Positions 1 to 19,547 of a stretch of DNA of 64,000 nucleotides are shown here, one piece after another. The notes below the pieces were generated by a model. The model was not told the DNA's origin and did not search any database. It worked only from the letters and a program-made list of their open reading frames with translations. Each line of letters begins with the position of its first letter. Within the stretch, counting starts at the first letter, position 1. The stretch covers positions 43,648,001-43,712,000 of the forward strand of contig CM114271.1 of the NCBI GenBank assembly GCA_050084515.1, in the 5' to 3' direction. Made by a program: the position numbers and the translations under genes. Source of the stretch: Blasia pusilla (Eukaryota).

Positions 1-158
1 CCTCAATATGGCTCGAAATGAGCCGAAACGAAGGGGAAACCTGCTCTCTCCAGTGTCCCGTGGCCTCAACAGGTCATCCTTGACCTATTGAGCTTGTCCT
101 CCGTTACTCATGAAGGCGCTCTACTAGATCTCACCGATCTATCGTAAGAGACGTGACA
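1..158 (-). mobile_element. Partial LTR of the DNMT-gypsy family (cut by window edge)
   Basis: Ends in ...gatctcaccgatctatcgtaagagacgtgaca, the reverse complement of the LTR start TGTCACGTC at 25558; colinear with about 12675-12832. Confidence 0.85.
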
Positions 159-2503
159 AAGATCTCTTTAAATTTTGATTTTCTTCATTTCCCCTAAAAT
201 TTGCACAGATTTCCTACTCCTTTTGATCCTACGGAAATGCTTGATTTTAAATTTTTCTTTCTTGCGGAAGCTTTAAAAACATTGTGCTATTTTAGTGAAG
301 AAAAAAGCACACCGAACGAAAATAGAACAAGTTTTCTTCATTGGAACATCTCCAATGTAAGTTCATTTGATACTCAACTTTCCATTCAATCAATAGGTCA
401 AAAGTTTCCTTTCACATTATTTTTTACATATCTTCAATAATTATTTATTTATAAATTTTTCATATTGTTCCAGGCTTATGATCCATCAAATCTTGTAGAT
501 ATATATTTTTTGGAAGGTTTTGTATGGCGAAGCCCAAAAACAAAAACATGCTAATTGCTCTCATAAGATGGCAGTTCTAAAACCAAAAACTAGACCTACC
601 AACAAGAGTATAAAAGAAGAAGGAAATCATGGTTGACAATCCAAGTCCATTTATAAGTTATACTTAAATATAAATGTCCCTATTTAGATAACTTTCTTAT
701 TTTTTTGTTTTTCTAGATCTTTGCTTATGAGGATTCACCATTCATATCGTTGCATTGTCTATTCACATAACTTTTGGATCTTATTTCAAGCCTTTGAGCG
801 AGGATGCAATTACGGATGTGATAGATCATGGTGTTCATCTTGGAGCTAGGAAAGATGAATTTATTTAAGATGATTCTATACTTTAAGTGAGAGGTTGCCA
901 CTTATGTATCATCAAGAGTTCAGCAACTTAACATCACATCCTATGAAGTTTTTGGAGAATGCTTTTGCAATTGGGCCAACTACTTATGTACTACATAGAG
1001 TTGAGATATCTACCATTACCCCTACTATTCACGATGATTTCTTCACACATATAGATGAAGTCATTGAGAATGCGTCTATACTTTGTATAACTCAAGATGA
1101 AGTTATCTTAAGAGTTGATCAAATGTCTTCTATAATTCATGGAATTGTGTCACAAATACAAAGTGCCACCATACCATATGCTTCTATAATTTATATTTCG
1201 TCTAATATTAATATAGTTTTAAGAGTAAGAAAATAACTTCCTTGAAAGTGGTGTAGGAAATTTGCAATTACAAAGATTTTGGATCAAATAAGTGGTTCTC
1301 ATATCTTGAAGCCATCTTTTGCATTCTTGAAATCATTGATTTCAGGTGTTGATCCTTGAAGCTTTCATTTTCTTACTCATGTCTTGGCTTATAATTTTAC
1401 ACTTCAACTAGCTTCTACACAATAGAGTGCAAATAAATGAGCAAGTTGGTAGATACAAAGATACACAACCACACCATGGCTAGCTGAATGTGCTCACATT
1501 CTGAAAATCATCAATAGAGAACCGAACATGATTTCCTTCATCAAAAGAAAAGAATTGCCGTTTTTTCAACCAATGTCCGGGTCCAACTAGTGCATTCCAT
1601 GAAAAATTTCATTACTCAGATATGATGAGATTCAATCCTAGAAAGAGAGAATGAACATGGTAAGAGAATACCTCAGAACCCACAAGCAAGATGCAGGGAG
1701 AGTCCCACACAAAACTAAATTCAATTCCTTCAACAGGATTTGAACGAGCAAGATATTCTAGTACAAAACCCTGCCGGAAGTTTCCCATGTGTGTGGGCTC
1801 AATAAAATATCTATTTCATATTCCCCATAGCAGCAGTGCTGTTTGGAACAAGGGCGCAATAACTAACCTTCATATTACAAGTTGCCAAAGCACTTTACTG
1901 TCCAATGATGAAACGGTAGTTGTTTGAAAGGGAGCTCATTGAAGGAAAATTCACAATGATTCAGGATTCGCCAGTATTCCTTATGAAAGAACACAAAATT
2001 CTGGGCTGGAGAAGGCTCTGGTCAAAGAGGCTGCAATTGTCAGCTCTCCTAAAAATTGGATCTACATCTCTGTTTCAGGAGGCATCCAAACAATAGTAAC
2101 TCTAATGTTGTGTTTCGAGTATCAGTGATCTTTACTAGCCCATTACATTCAAGGCAGGAAATCTCAAGCACACAACACGCTGACGAATACAGAATGGCCA
2201 ACTACTATGACAGAACAAAAAAACAAAAAATGGCAACCTCCTCCAAGTGATATTTCTCATGCCGTCACCTTACTTACCAAGTGCTCTCTCTAGTTCTACA
2301 GGCATCTCTTGAAGTCACAAGGAATCAGTTGGCCCAGTATATTAGGATGTGGGTGATGACTAAATGATCCTCACATGACAGTAAATCGAGGCACGTTCTC
2401 ACATATCTGGTTGAAAATTATATCAGCTCTCACTCCAAATGTTCCCTGCTGCAAAATTTCTCGCATTTCAAATAGCAGAAATGAATTCATGCACCCCCAC
2501 ACC

Positions 2504-7973
<5,470 letters not shown>

Positions 7974-10729
7974 AGCTGGAGCTCCACAGATGACGATGAT
8001 CTAAATTCCTTCCGACATTGGGACCGCTTCCTTTACCCTTCACAGCTTTCGTTTCTCCTACTCTAGTCCCATTCCGTTTCATCAGAATCTGTAATTTTTG
8101 GGTTTTTTTAATGTTGATGGGAGGACAATTAATTAAATTTCTACATTATACAATCTCCTTCGTCTCCTGCACCTGTCAATACCATTTTATATCTTATCTT
8201 GAGCGAACATAACAGACTAGCGATGATTATATGAAAAAATATATTAATACTAAGGGAGTGGAAACACTAGGAAAAAAATACTAACTCACATCACAAAGCA
8301 TAATAAAATGGATAGGAGAGTAAGTGGATAAAAATGATTGATACTAAAATAAATTTTAATACCCAAGGGAAAATGAGGTGGAATAAAGTGGATTAGTAGA
8401 CAAATGCTAACATGGAGTGAAATAAATCCAAAAGTCATTAGTACGTGACTCCGAGCTCCATTCACATTTATGGTTAAAAAGTTTTTACAAAATAGCTTTC
8501 ATTGTGGAGACCGGGCACTACAAATCGACTTAGCACCCATATGCCATCATAAGCATGCATAGCACTAGGAGATAGAAAACTTATTAATATGTCTTGGTAG
8601 TAGGGGCCGTAACAATTTTTTTTCACGTAAATACGGGAAAGAGATGTAAAAGGTAAATGGATGAGTTCTATATGTCATTTAGTTGGTTATTGAGTAAACA
8701 TAAGTGATTTTATTTTTCCCTTTCAAAAATGTTAGCAATGTCTAGTAAATGAATTTATTTGGTCACCTACATAAGTGACTTTCAATTATTGGATGATGTG
8801 GTGGTACTTACTTGGTATCTTCATAAAAAAAAAAATTATCGGTCCATGCAATAACTCAAACAAACTTGTGAACTCTTCTTCCTATCAGTACAGTGGTTCA
8901 GAGGTTCCACCTATTTTCTTCACTGACTTGGTGCATGTTAGATAAGAAAGGAAAATATATATGAGATCCAACACAAATATTATCACCGGACAAGGCACAC
9001 GCTTGGGAGCTTAGCACAAATTCACTATTGGACTTATAAACCTTGAGGTCCGCTAAGGAGCGAAGAATGGATTAAGTCATATCCAATATAAATATGAACA
9101 AATGTAGGATTGATTCCATCGCTATAGTTGTTAATCAAATATTTTGATGCATACTTAGTCTGGAGCTTTTGCACACTCATAACGTTATAAATCAATTTTT
9201 CTGTCAATATTTCTATCTCTAAGAATGTTATGTTTAAACTCAACTCTGAATAGCTTTGGAAATGGGGTTATAAGTTTACCATAGTTAAAGTTCACTCTGT
9301 TTTATTTCCTTGTTATTGCTTAGCTCTTTGTGTTTCTATCTCTATTTGATTAGTCCTACTCTTGTTATGCTTGTATGCTCGGGGTGTGTTGTCTTGGTCC
9401 CCTTGAGCGGACCTACTCTGGTTGTTTTGTATCTTCTATGTAAGACTTGACATTGGGTAATGACTAGTATAAATTTGATTAAAAGCATTCATACTTGACA
9501 GTAGAAGGTGATCCCTTGGAGGAGTTGTCTCCTGAAGCCGTAACTATTCAAGCATAACTGAGGAATTTTTGGTGAGTTTTGCACAAATGCTCCACTCCTG
9601 GTTGATTATTGAGCTTCCACACATGAAGTCTAGTTTGATCCCGTTTGCTTAGGTGTCACCTATAAGGAGGTGGCATTGCTGTTAGAGGAGATTTTGTAGT
9701 CTCCTCTCTAAACCCTTTCATGGGTGGTGTTCACGAGGATCTGTGATCTTGTAGACAAGGTTAATATAATGCACGTTCATTTCCTTTTTCTGCATTACAA
9801 CAACTCTTGAATACATGCACGACGTTGATTGATTGTATATAGAATTACTCTCGAATTTCCAAAATTCTGCCTCCTTCTCTCTATTGGGTAAATTTCTTTT
9901 CTGTTGTCTTTTGATTCACTTCTACCTCATGCCTACTCAGGTCTAAAGTCTTGAGATTTGCTCCTATACACACCTAAACTTCTCTTGGTATCCGGTCAAC
10001 CAAGAAGGAGATGTACATTGGCCTGGAGGGTGCTCTAATACCGTTCTGTCACATACTCTTGCATCTTTCTTCCAATCACTCATTCTGGTCTTGTAAATAC
10101 TAATAGGATAATGTTCTATCAAGAAGCCCACACTCAATAGAAGATTCATAATAGTTTTGCATGCAATCCATTTCAAATTCAATGTCCCAAGGTCCACCCT
10201 CTCGTATATGGTTCTCTTGAGTATCATGTTGAGATATGCTCTCTACATCTGCTTTTAAAGTCTTCAAAGTCCGTTTTGAGAGAAATACAACTCTGATTTC
10301 AACACACCCTAGCTTGCACAATCCACATCTTCAAGGTTTCTAAAACCTTCAACATAATGTGAATAGTTTTCCTTGAATTAGGATAAGATTTGTATGACTT
10401 AAATAAGGTATTGTAGGGTAGCCAAAGAGGGACGAGAATCTAGTACACAACAATACAAATTCCAAAATCCATTATCCCTTTCTAACATAAATATAAGCAC
10501 GCCTGCACCCATGCATCGCATGAACATCGAGCACAATTCGATCATTAACATAGATTGTCATAGTATAATGAGAGGGGACTTCAGATTGGAAACTCCAGAA
10601 AAAATAATACACGGCAATAAAGGCATGAAGATGTCAAAATATGCACAAAATGAAATACTCTAAACTTATTAAAAAACTATGACATCACAGACGAGAATAA
10701 CTTCATTAGAAGATGAGATGATCATTATG

Positions 10730-11510
10730 CACTAGAAGAAATCTTGGTTTATATGACTAGGTCGAGTCATTCTTCATGGTAAATGACTCACAATGACTCA
10801 TAACCAACAGAGTCATATAAACCAAGTCATTTATTGGAAATGACTTAAACTACCCGGAAGGTAAATGATTGACTCATTACTTACTTAGTCATTGATGTAT
10901 GACTAGGATATCATACGTGAGGGTGCTTTCATAGTGCCACGTTGGCACATGACATGGCAAGAATATTTTTGTTTTGCCTCTTAGATTGACACGTGTATGA
11001 AATGACTTAGTCATAAATCCACTTTACAAATCATCAAATGATGTGGCATAGTTACAAGGATTTGAACACCCTATCACATATGACCACGTGTCATCACATG
11101 TTAATGAATAATTTTAGTTAAATAATCATGAATTTCTATGTGTAATAATATTGTCAAATTATTTTTTGACTCATGGCTTTAATGACTCAGTCATATAAAA
11201 TGACTGAGTCATTTAAGTTACTTGTATTTATGACTAAGTGAGTCATTATATCTTACTATGTTTGTCATTTTACACGACCGTAAGAGCCATAGATGTAGGC
11301 AAGGACTGGGCTAGTCATATACAATGACTCAGGTAGTAATTAATTTTTATTTTTTTAGAAAGAATTAGTTTTGAGTCATTTTAAATTACTGAAGTTGTTG
11401 TTTACACGACTATGTCTAGTCATATTAATTATTGTGTTCAATCATGACATGCCAATTTGAGTTCTTGATTTGGGTGTTTTAGTCTCATCGATGACTCCAT
11501 GAGTCAATAT
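10730..11510 (+). mobile_element. CACTA/En-Spm-like transposon end with subterminal repeats
   Basis: Starts CACTAGAAGAAA, followed by about 780 bp dense in TGACT/AGTCA motifs in both orientations. No matching opposite TIR or transposase found. Confidence 0.55.
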
Positions 11511-12189
11511 TAATAATTGCATCAGACATAGCAAACCTATGTCCAGAGCCATTTGGGTTCGCTAGATAATTTTAATCTCTTCTTGATGGGCTCTGAATTG
11601 TCCAAACGACACAATTCAAGGACATTGGCAATTGAGGTAGTTTGCAATCATGCCCTAATTTAGCTTGGGGCGAGGGAGCGAGTGGAAATCCTAGGTGGCT
11701 GAAGTGAGGAGTACAACGGCTGCCAATGATGCCGTAGATAGAGCTTGTATAGAGTGGGTGGCTTCCCTTACAATCTCAGGTAGTTCCAAAGACCTTCTTG
11801 TCCCAATTCTTGTCTGACGGCTTAAAACACATGTGTCCAACCTGCAACCACATTGCAACCCTAGTTAGATATGGAGTTTTGCAAATATGGATTGGCACGT
11901 ATATTTCCATTGATTACACTTCTCATATTCAGAGGTACTAGTCCAACCTATCAATCATCCAAAACCACTTGAAGACTCTCACAAAAGTGGACCGACTTTG
12001 TAATGAACAACATTGTCAATAGAATGACTTAAGGTAGAAACACACCTCTAGCAAAAGAAGGTTAGTGCAGAGTCCATAAAGAAACTAATAAAGGTCAATC
12101 AGCCATGATGGAGCCAGGGGTCTTCCCCTCTAAGACTACTCCATTAACTACAATCTTCAAAGATTGCAAAACCAATTAAAAGTGAGAAA

Positions 12190-12832
12190 TATCGTGCGCA
12201 TACACATCGCTACAAAACATATATCATTGTCACCGAAAACACACACAAACACGCACGATCCCATGCTAACTCATGGCATCCAAACAACGAGACAAGAAGT
12301 ACCAAAATATCTCCAATAAATCAAGATCCAATTTCTCTCAACACCATAGTTCTCAAATGTGTGCACTCTCACATGTCTCTCTCAATGTCAAACCAAACCC
12401 ACTCTCCTAATGAGAGGCTTGGGTCACACACACAAGGCAAGCAAGACCATAGCTCCGCCGCCTCATACCAAGAGGTTCAACAAATAGAGAATGAGCTCTC
12501 AAGCTCTCTCTCCTTGAGGTATACCCCTCCCCTCCCCCAAGCTCTCTCCATGGTAACCTATGCTCCTAAGTCACCTCCTTGGTTCTTGAACTGATATAGG
12601 AGGTCAAGGGCCACTTACCAAAAATATAAAGTTGACCATATACTCAGACTGGTACTTACCTAAAATAGTAAGTTCCTCAATATGGCTCCAAATGAGCCAA
12701 AACGAAGCGCAAACCTGCTCTCTCAGATTTCTCGGGGCCTCAGTTGGTCTTCCGCAACCTCTTGAGTCTGTCCTTCACTAATCGCAAAGGCACTCTACTA
12801 GATCTCACCGATCTATCCTAGAAGACATGACA
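12190..12832 (-). repeat. Full-length LTR (about 643 bp) of the DNMT-gypsy family, followed by a tandem partial LTR at 12835-12962
   Basis: Minus strand begins TGTCATGTC at 12832 and ends ...GCACGATA; homologous to 25558-26074 and 34718-35310. Confidence 0.85.
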
Positions 12833-13148
12833 TTTATCGTGCGCATACACATCGCTACACAACATACATGGCTGCCATCGAACACACACACAAATACGCA
12901 CGATCCCATGCTAACTCATGGCATCCGAAAAATGAGGCAAGAAGTACCAAAATATCTCCAATCGCCCCCCTAGCTGATGGTTAGATCCCTCTAACTCTAG
13001 ATAGCCATCTATCCCTACCTACCATGATATACATCTCTCGGACGCTAAGAGCAAGAAGGCCGACTACTCATATGGCCCCATCGTTAATCGCCTTCTTGTC
13101 ATCCATGTCACAAACACAAGTCGGAATGTAGAACAACCTACTCTATGT

Positions 13149-13283
13149 ACATCTAGGGCACATCTATCGTCCCTGAGGAACCCTAGTGAGAGGTGGTGTC
13201 AAGCATGCCATATGTCATCCTCTCGAACATCCATTACAGACTAGCATAGTGGCTGCACTACGGGCAGAACCACACAACATACA
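13149..13283 (-). pseudogene. PHD finger at the C-terminus of the gypsy integrase
   Basis: In-frame translation CMLCGSARSAATMLVCNGCSRG*HMACLTPPLTRVPQGR*MCPRC gives a C4HC3 PHD pattern; both stops (TGA, TAG) are one base from TGG at positions where PHD fingers have aromatic residues. Confidence 0.85.
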
Positions 13284-14608
13284 TTGCAAGCATGCAGGAA
13301 GTACTGCTAAGCTTGGATCAATTGTATTGTCAACGTTTGTGAGGTCACATGGCGCACAATTACGCACGTGGTCCTTCCAAACCATACCATAGCGTCCCTC
13401 CAATAAGAGAAAATCTTATGGCAAAACCTCACACACTCTCAAGATGGTGCGTCCTGCACCATCTTGCAGGATGTCGTCTTGCTACAAGTAGACATAGTCT
13501 CCTTGATGAAACCTCTGGATAGTAGGTGGATAACTACCTCCCAAAATAGTCGCATACCTCAATGTATCCTGATGCTGCAAAATCGCCAAGTTCTCAAACT
13601 CCATGGGCATCACTCTCCGAAACAACTCAACCCTCTGAGAACATGCTCGCATTCATACATCAAGGTCATCAAGGTTCAACACCTCACCAACATCTCGACG
13701 AATGGTTGTAGGTCAATCTGGCTCTCGGCCATACAAAAGCAAGTACGGTGACAAAGACGCTAAGGATGCCTGCCTGCTGAATCTATAACCCATCGCCAAC
13801 CACGGCAACTGGAGGTCCCAATATCCTAGGTGACCTCTCTGCAAGCCATACTTGTGTAATCCTCTCTTCACCATCTACACAACCCTCTCTGCTAGTCCAT
13901 CCGCCTCAGGATGATCTCGTGAAGTGGTGCGGTGGTCGATCAAGGCGTGATCACACAAGGCCTGAAACTCTATACCCTAGTCTATCAACACTTCAGCTGG
14001 TGCATCGTAATGACTCAGCACTCAAACTAGGAAGGCATACGCTACTCCCTCACTTGCTTTGTCACGAAATGCAACCAACTCTATCCACTTCGAGAAGTGC
14101 ACGACCATCACCAACACATAACAACTATGGCTCTTCGTCATAGATAAAGATCCTACAAAATCCAAATTCCATCTAAAACCTAAACCGATTATTGGAAGTG
14201 GATGCAGATGTGGAGCATTGACAGTTTCTTGCACTCGATCACACACCATGCATGTGGCAACAAACTGCTGAAAGTCAGTCTGCATGCCTCGCCACCAATA
14301 CTGTATCTGGAGCAAGTTGTACGTCCGCTTTACTCCCAAATAACCCAACTCCTCATGGGCATGACGCACCAAACGTGCTCTCTGCAAAGGATGAGGCACT
14401 ACACGCACTCTACCATCCTCCCAAACTCACAACACATGTATCCCCTCCCACCGGAACCGTCGGGCTCATTGTAATATCCGATCCTACTCTCTAACATCCA
14501 CTGTGATCGCGACGTTTCCAATACGCAGATACTCAAGACCACTCCATTGTCGTGAATGTCACGACCACCTGTCGTCTCCTCACCGGCCTTTCGATCTAAG
14601 GACTCTCC

Positions 14609-14811
14609 GACTCAACTCCTTTCAAGTCTTGTTCCACGTTTGGTCCAGGTTTCTCAATCGCGACCATAACAACTGAAACGCGAAGCCTCGCTTGCGTCCC
14701 GTCTCTTGTCTCTCCTTCGAGACCACTCCAATGCACAAACCATCTTAGCGTGAGCCCGCTAATGTTCCAAAGTTCCGCTTTGGCACTCGTTTGATCATGA
14801 GGATCGCGATA
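14609..14811 (-). mobile_element. Terminal fragment of a second LTR family (same family as solo LTR 27016-28016)
   Basis: Reverse complement matches about 27016-27215 (tgtcgcgacccttatgaccaaacgagtgcc...). Confidence 0.8.
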
Positions 14812-17800
14812 TTATCTCTAGCCACTATCCAGATTAGTATATAGTTTGGGGCTTGAATAAACATCATACTTGAAGTTCTCCATAAAGTTTAGACGTAGCT
14901 TTACCATTGTATCATTGCCATTATGTATATATCTCTCATATATTTCTAACAAGTTATGGGCCTGAATGGGAATCACGATGGTTTCCATGTTGGAATCTTT
15001 GATGGTTCTGACTGGAAAGAGTGGAAGAATCGTGTTCACAATCTTCTTGTTTACAGAGATTTATGGGACGCAGTTGCTAAACGGGTATATAATACATTTG
15101 TGCCAGATGCGTCACCTACCTCTCCTTCTGAAATTGCAGATAAAGCACCTCAAGTATATGTTCGTCAACGTGTACTTCAAACACGGACTATTCAGCAGAA
15201 TGAAAAGTTAGAAAATCAGGCTCGCTTTCTAATTTGTTAACATTTGACAGGAGAACCTCTGGCTCTAACAGAACATCTTGATATAGCTCAAGAAGTATGG
15301 GCCTGCCTATGTCGTAATTATGTTACGACAGTTCATTCTCTGTACTACACTTACAAGCGTCCATGTACAAACTCACTGTTGAATCTTGTAGATCACCTCG
15401 AGATTTTCTGTCACAACTCAAGATTATTGCAAATAATCTTGCATCCCAGAGATCTCCTGTTTTGCACACACATCTATTCACTTTTGCTATTAGCAAATAT
15501 CCTGCTGAATACAAATCTCTCATTCACGTATTGATGCGAGAAAGATAAACCTTCTTTGACGATCTTCAAACCGAGGATCTTGTATGATTCTGAACTAGAT
15601 AAACCTTCAAAATTTGAAAGTATTCTAGTTTCCAATTCTTTTCATAATTCTACCATGAAACGTCCATTTCAATCTATGACTACTTAGTATCAAAGAAATA
15701 TTCCTCAGAGGAATGCCAAACAGCCTTACTCTTACATTTGTAACGAGAAAGATCACATCTCAAGCAAATGTCCTAACAGAAAATTTCTCAAGAAATTCCG
15801 CGAGTATTGCAAAACTCAAACAGAAGATAGCTCATCTTTGCTAGTCAATACTTCACCTATCACTCAAGTATTAGCATGCTCCACATGTGAGGAGCTACAA
15901 CCATATGAACCACTCTATCTGTTCATGATACAAAGACCTTCTACATCTACTTTCCCAGATATTTCCAAACTTTGGATCCTTGATTCTGGTTCAAATTCCC
16001 ATGTTTGCTGTCGAGGAGAATTGTTCTCTAATTTCCTTCCTATTTCTCCAATTCTCATTTTTGGAATACGCAATGGCAAAATATATGCTATAGCTACTGG
16101 GAATGTTCAATTAAAGCTTGTTGTCAAAGGCTCTTACGAATTACATACTCTTTCCAATATTCTATTCATTCCTACAAGACAACACAATATTGTTTTTGTG
16201 AAGAAACTTGCCGAAAACTCTATAGATACCTTTTCTATTCTCACAATATGTCTTTTGAACTCATCAAACAAGGTCATTGTTTAGGTACAGGTTTTGCCAG
16301 GCATGGCATGTATCTAATTGAATATCAATCTTGTACTCCATCGATAATTTTGATAGCCAGAAGTTCATCCAATCTCTGGCACAATCGTATGGGACATCTC
16401 AACAATCAGCATTTATTGCAACTACATCAACAAAAAATGGTTCAAGGTCTAGATCATATCGATGATCTCAATTTCTGTACAAGTTGTGCTAAAGGCAAGC
16501 TCATCAGGCAACATATCACTGGAGATGGACAAGATCTTCCTGTTCAAAAGGCTCTAGATCTTATTCACAGTGATCTGGCAGGACCAATGAAGACACCCAG
16601 TATTGGAAACGCCTACTATTTCTGTACTTTTCTTGACCAATATACAAAGAAATCCTTTGTCCATATTCTTCACAAGAAGTCAGATGTCTTTTCTACATTC
16701 CAGAAGTTCAAATTCATGGTTCAAAAAGAAACAGGTCTGCAGATTCGTGTTCTCAGAACAGATGGAGGTGGTGAATACATAGACTCTTCTTTCCAAGTCT
16801 TTCTTCAAACTTTTGGTATTCTTCATCAACGCACAGGAAGAGATTCTCCTATGTAGAATGGATCTGCTGAAAGACTCAACCGCACACTATAGGAAAAGGC
16901 AAGATGTATGCTCATTCACATGCGCCTTCCTATATTATTTTGGGGAGAAGCAATTGTTACAGCTAACTATCTTCGAAACTTGAGTCCTACTCAAACTCTT
17001 TCAACAACACCTTCTGAAGCTTGGAGTGGTCTCAAACCTACTCTCACACATCTTTGAGTGTTTGGATGTCAAGCATTTGCTCTCATTCCAGCTGAGAGAA
17101 GAAGAAAGATGGATTCTACGGGTGAAGAATGTATATTACTTGGTTATCAGATTGGTTCTAGATGTTATAAACTTTTCAATCCCAATACAAAACATGTTTT
17201 TCTTAGCAAAGATGTTGTCTTCAATGAAGATACTCCTTTCTCCTTCTCTCATGTTGTTCCCTCTACTTATTCTCCATTTTTTTATTCTTTCCCAGTAGAA
17301 AACTCTGAACCGATAATTGTCCCTAAAGCAGTAAAAAAAAAAAAAAACTACAGTTCAGACAAATATTGAAATAGTGGGAGATACTTCAAGAAAAATAGGT
17401 GTTGTTGCTTTAGAGAAATCCATGGGACATCTGCCCACGTCTTTTCATCCTAGGCGATCATCACGAACATCTGTACCAGTACATATGTATGATGCTGCTT
17501 GCTCAAACATTCTTCTCTCTTCTTGTACCCAATCTGATCCACTCACTAGAACAAAAGCCCTCTCTAGATCAGATTCTCATGAATGGCAAACTGTTATGGA
17601 AGCTGAAATTGCCTCTCTTCATGAAAACAAAACCTGGATTCTTGTGACAAATCCTAAAAAGTGCAACTCATTCACAGATACTACCAATATAGTCTCTTGT
17701 AAATGGGTTTTTATGATCAAGCGGTCTTCTTCAGGAAGTATTCTCAAGTACAAAGCGAGGCTGGTAGCCAAAGGTTATTCACAGAAAGAAGGAATTTTTT

Positions 17801-19547
17801 ACAAAGAAACATTTTCTCTTGTCATAAATATCACTTCTCTCCGGATGCTGCTTTCCATTGCTACTGTTCGCAACGCTGAACTACATCAAATGGATGTCAA
17901 GACTACTTTTCTTCATGATGATCTACAAGAAATCATATACATGCATCAACCTCCCGGTTTTGAGGTAACTGATCAAGGTCCACAGGTATGTCTTCTCAAG
18001 AAAGATCTTTATGGCTTGAAGCAATCCTCTCGAGCTTGGTATCAAAAGATGGATGGATATTTGACTTCTGCAAGTTTTCTCAGAAGTACTTATGATCCTT
18101 GTTTGTATCACAAACAATCTTCTACAGATCAATTACTCATAATTGATGTATATGTAGATGATCTTGCTATTCTATCAGATAATCTCATTCAGCTACAACA
18201 ATTTCAAATTCATGTTCAATCCATTTTTAAAATGGTTGACATGGGAGAGCTTCATCACTTGTTAGGACTTCAGGTGGTAAGAGACAGGGCACGTCACAAG
18301 ATTTCTTTGCATCAACAAAGGTATATCTGTGAAAAACTTGTAGAATTCGGTATGAAAGGTTGTCATACAGTTTCTACCCCTTCTTTGCCTGGGACAACAT
18401 TGTCCAAGCCCACATCTGCTCCTACAAGTGATGATCTTGCTCATTTTCAGTAATATCCATATGCTACGATAGTTGGAAGTCTTATGTATGCTTCAACCAT
18501 GACTCGTCCCGACATCTCTTTTTTGTCGGCCGATTATGCAAATACATGTCCAACTATTCTATTGAGCATTGGCAAGCTGCCATGCATGTTCTAAGGTATT
18601 TGAAGGGAACTTCCAATATAGGTATCACCTTTGATGGTTCCACCCATGATATGCACATGCCAGTTTCGCTTCTTCTAAAGATGATAGAAAATCTATTTCA
18701 GGATTTGTTCTTATCATGGCAGGAGGTGCAGTACATTGGGCCTCAAGGAAGCGGGACAATTCTTCGCACGTCTACTCTGAAGCTGAATATATAGCCCTTA
18801 ATGAGGCCACCAAAGAAATACTTTGGATTCGACATTTACTTGCTTTGAGATTGGTTTTTTCACAAAAACTCCAACAATTTTTACGAAGACAATCAAGTCT
18901 GCAATTCAACTATCAAATATTTTTGTTCCAATTCCAAAATCCGACATTTGGAACTAAAATTCTTCTTCATATAGAACACATTCAACAACAAAATATTCGT
19001 CTACAAGAATGTAGATCTTGATTCAGTCTTTGATGTTTTGACTAAAAGTCTATCTAAAGACCAACATCATTTTTTACTCCAAATATTAGGATGTAGGATA
19101 TGCAATTGAGTGGGAGATACGACACTTTTCGAGTAGACAGCTTCATGTTCCTCGAGCTAGATTATCCTAGCTCAGTGGGAGTGTTAGATAAATACATTTT
19201 AGATAAAGGTGTTCGACTTAAAATGTGTTAAAGGAACTACCTAAATGCTGCTACTCTTAGGAGTCCGACATCTAACCTAAGACACTTGATCACTTGACTA
19301 AAAGGGCCACTTGGACATTTGGCTACTTGGCCACTTGACCACTTGGCTAAAAGGGCCACTTGGCCACTTGGTCAGTTGGGTACTTGGCCACTCAACCACA
19401 GACTATCTTATCTCTAGCCACTATCCAGATTAGTATATAGTCTGGGGCTTGAATAAACATCATACTTGAAGTTCTCCATAAAGTTAAGACACAACTTTAC
19501 CATTGTATCATTGCCATTGTGTATACATCTCTCATATATTTCTAACA
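14812..19547 (+). mobile_element. Ty1/copia LTR retrotransposon, degenerate (stops and frameshifts), 5' LTR truncated
   Basis: gag (FDGSDWKEWK), protease WILDSGSNSH, LWHNRMGH and rve integrase (HSDLAGP, RTDGGGEY), RT (YKARLVAKGYSQ, HQMDVKTTFL, YGLKQS, YVDDL), RNaseH in copia order. 3' LTR 19182-19547 (TGTTAGA...TCTAACA) after PPT agtgggag; 5' LTR remnant 14812-14951 matches 19408-19547. Confidence 0.95.

Noticed and set aside
8900-10400. Possible decayed transposon coding sequence (similarly 480-1400)
   Set aside because: No domain motif recognisable by eye.
19106-19181. Two PPT-like agtgggag tracts before the copia 3' LTR
   Set aside because: Short, and not unusual at copia pol ends; no further support.
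19285-19400. CCACTTGG short repeats resembling an array
   Set aside because: No unique spacers; internal tandem motifs of the copia LTR, not CRISPR.
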